From Phoronis australis (lineage: Eukaryota; Animalia; Phoronida), in contig NMRA01000815.1 in assembly GCA_002633005.1 (NCBI GenBank), positions 18,443 through 82,442 of the forward strand: a DNA stretch of 64,000 bases, given 5' to 3'. Position numbers and translations under genes: made by a program. Under the pieces are notes generated by a model. That model was not told where the DNA came from. It saw nothing but the letters and a program-made list of their open reading frames with translations, and did not search any database. This document shows, in pieces, positions 62,917 to 64,000 of the stretch; positions within the stretch are counted from its first letter, which is position 1; the number at the start of each line of letters is the position of its first letter.

Positions 62917-64000
62917 CTACAAATAGAACGTTTACAAAATAAATACTAAATTAATAAGAGCAATGCCAACTGTTGACGGTATGCTTCTACGGCTGTTTAT
63001 TAGAATCATAAAAATAGCCTCTAGGTGGTGCAGAGCACATCAAACTTGTACAAAATGGGAAAACCTTGTTATCTCCCAAACAGAAACCTATGTGCACACC
63101 GAATATCCTAAGATATTATCTACCATAGAACTTACTAGATGCTGGACACTTATTCTTCCTATATAGTCTTTCCTTAGTAATTAGGAATCCCATGTAAGTA
63201 ATGGGTGACTCAAAATTCACGAAGTGGCATCACTGAGACAGCGGCCTTACCTTTAGACGCGTTAAAGCACAAGCCACAGATGTCCCCATACAGACAAACT
63301 ACATTTTCCAAATCCATTCAGATATTTAAAAGAGATGCCTTATGTTTATACCTTGCCACCACCAAGTGAACATTGATTGCTCATCAGCTCTCAAGGGTGA
63401 CATAAACCCAACTCGGTAAAAATAACTTTTTATTTGGACTACTTACTGATCTTAATTTGTTCCTTACTTGATTAGAAGTGGTTGCTGGGCTTGTGGTTTG
63501 TTATTTCACAAGACCAGGCTCAATGGATTAGTTTGACCCAGGTGGTCATTTTATGCGCCAATCACTGTCTTAAGCAATAATGTCCTGACAGTTCTTCATT
63601 GAGTGAAAACATCACTTCTAAACTGGGTAAGAAATAAGTGACTTAAGACGCTTAAAAAGCAGCTTCAGGAAATGCAATCAAAAAGTGCCTAAAATCATCA
63701 AAATTCTATCATCAGGAAAAAAAGTTGGTTTCAACTCAAAGGGGTAAGTAGACCTGCACTTTCTGTCCCAAACAACTTTTTAATTTTTGCAAAACTGTAG
63801 TAATAAAATCAGTCTTTCTTTACTCAGATTAGCAACGAGTTCTAGGTTTTAGAAGAACAGAAGGTCATTATTTGCTTTAGAACCAGACCATTAAGTCGAT
63901 TGTCATGGTGGGTTAGTTTCAGTAGCTAAAAGGCAAAACGGAACCCAAAGTGAATTCCAGGCAGTTTGCTGTAGGCAATGTCAATTCAAATCCAAGCAAC

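Noticed and set aside
62624-62926. Plus-strand ORF with a poly-His run
   Set aside because: It is the antisense reading of the poly-Asp (GAT)n minus-strand exon.
63250-63310. Candidate upstream exon (donor AAG/GTAAGG on the minus strand) for the last gene
   Set aside because: The phase needed to join the acidic exon contains a TAA stop.
1-64000. rRNA, tRNA, autonomous transposase/RT genes, prokaryotic systems
   Set aside because: No recognisable sequence or long ORF supports any of these by eye; a tRNAscan-SE/Infernal run would be needed to exclude small RNAs.

Overview
Eukaryotic (metazoan, probably marine invertebrate) AT-rich genomic DNA with spliceosomal introns. Most entries in the ORF track are spurious or are exon fragments. 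Reading splice sites by hand gives: (1) a complete 5-exon C6orf62-like gene on the minus strand (3157-10695, ~230 aa); (2) head-to-head with it, a 22-exon ankyrin-repeat TRP cation channel on the plus strand (13861-41008, ~978 aa, TRPV/TRPVL-like); (3) a convergent 9-exon fukutin (FKTN) gene on the minus strand (46822-57690, ~453 aa) with a likely GC-AG first intron and a 33-nt micro-exon; (4) the probable acidic last exon of an unidentified minus-strand gene (62736-62916). Introns hold many non-autonomous DNA elements. The most striking is a Helentron/HINE-like family (four copies) built from ~140-bp tandem monomers, each carrying a close match to the CTCF motif (CCACTAGRKGGC). All four copies lie antisense to their host gene, the arrays point convergently around the shared promoter, and one copy ends 6 nt before a splice acceptor. 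All gene models are manual and lack transcript confirmation.
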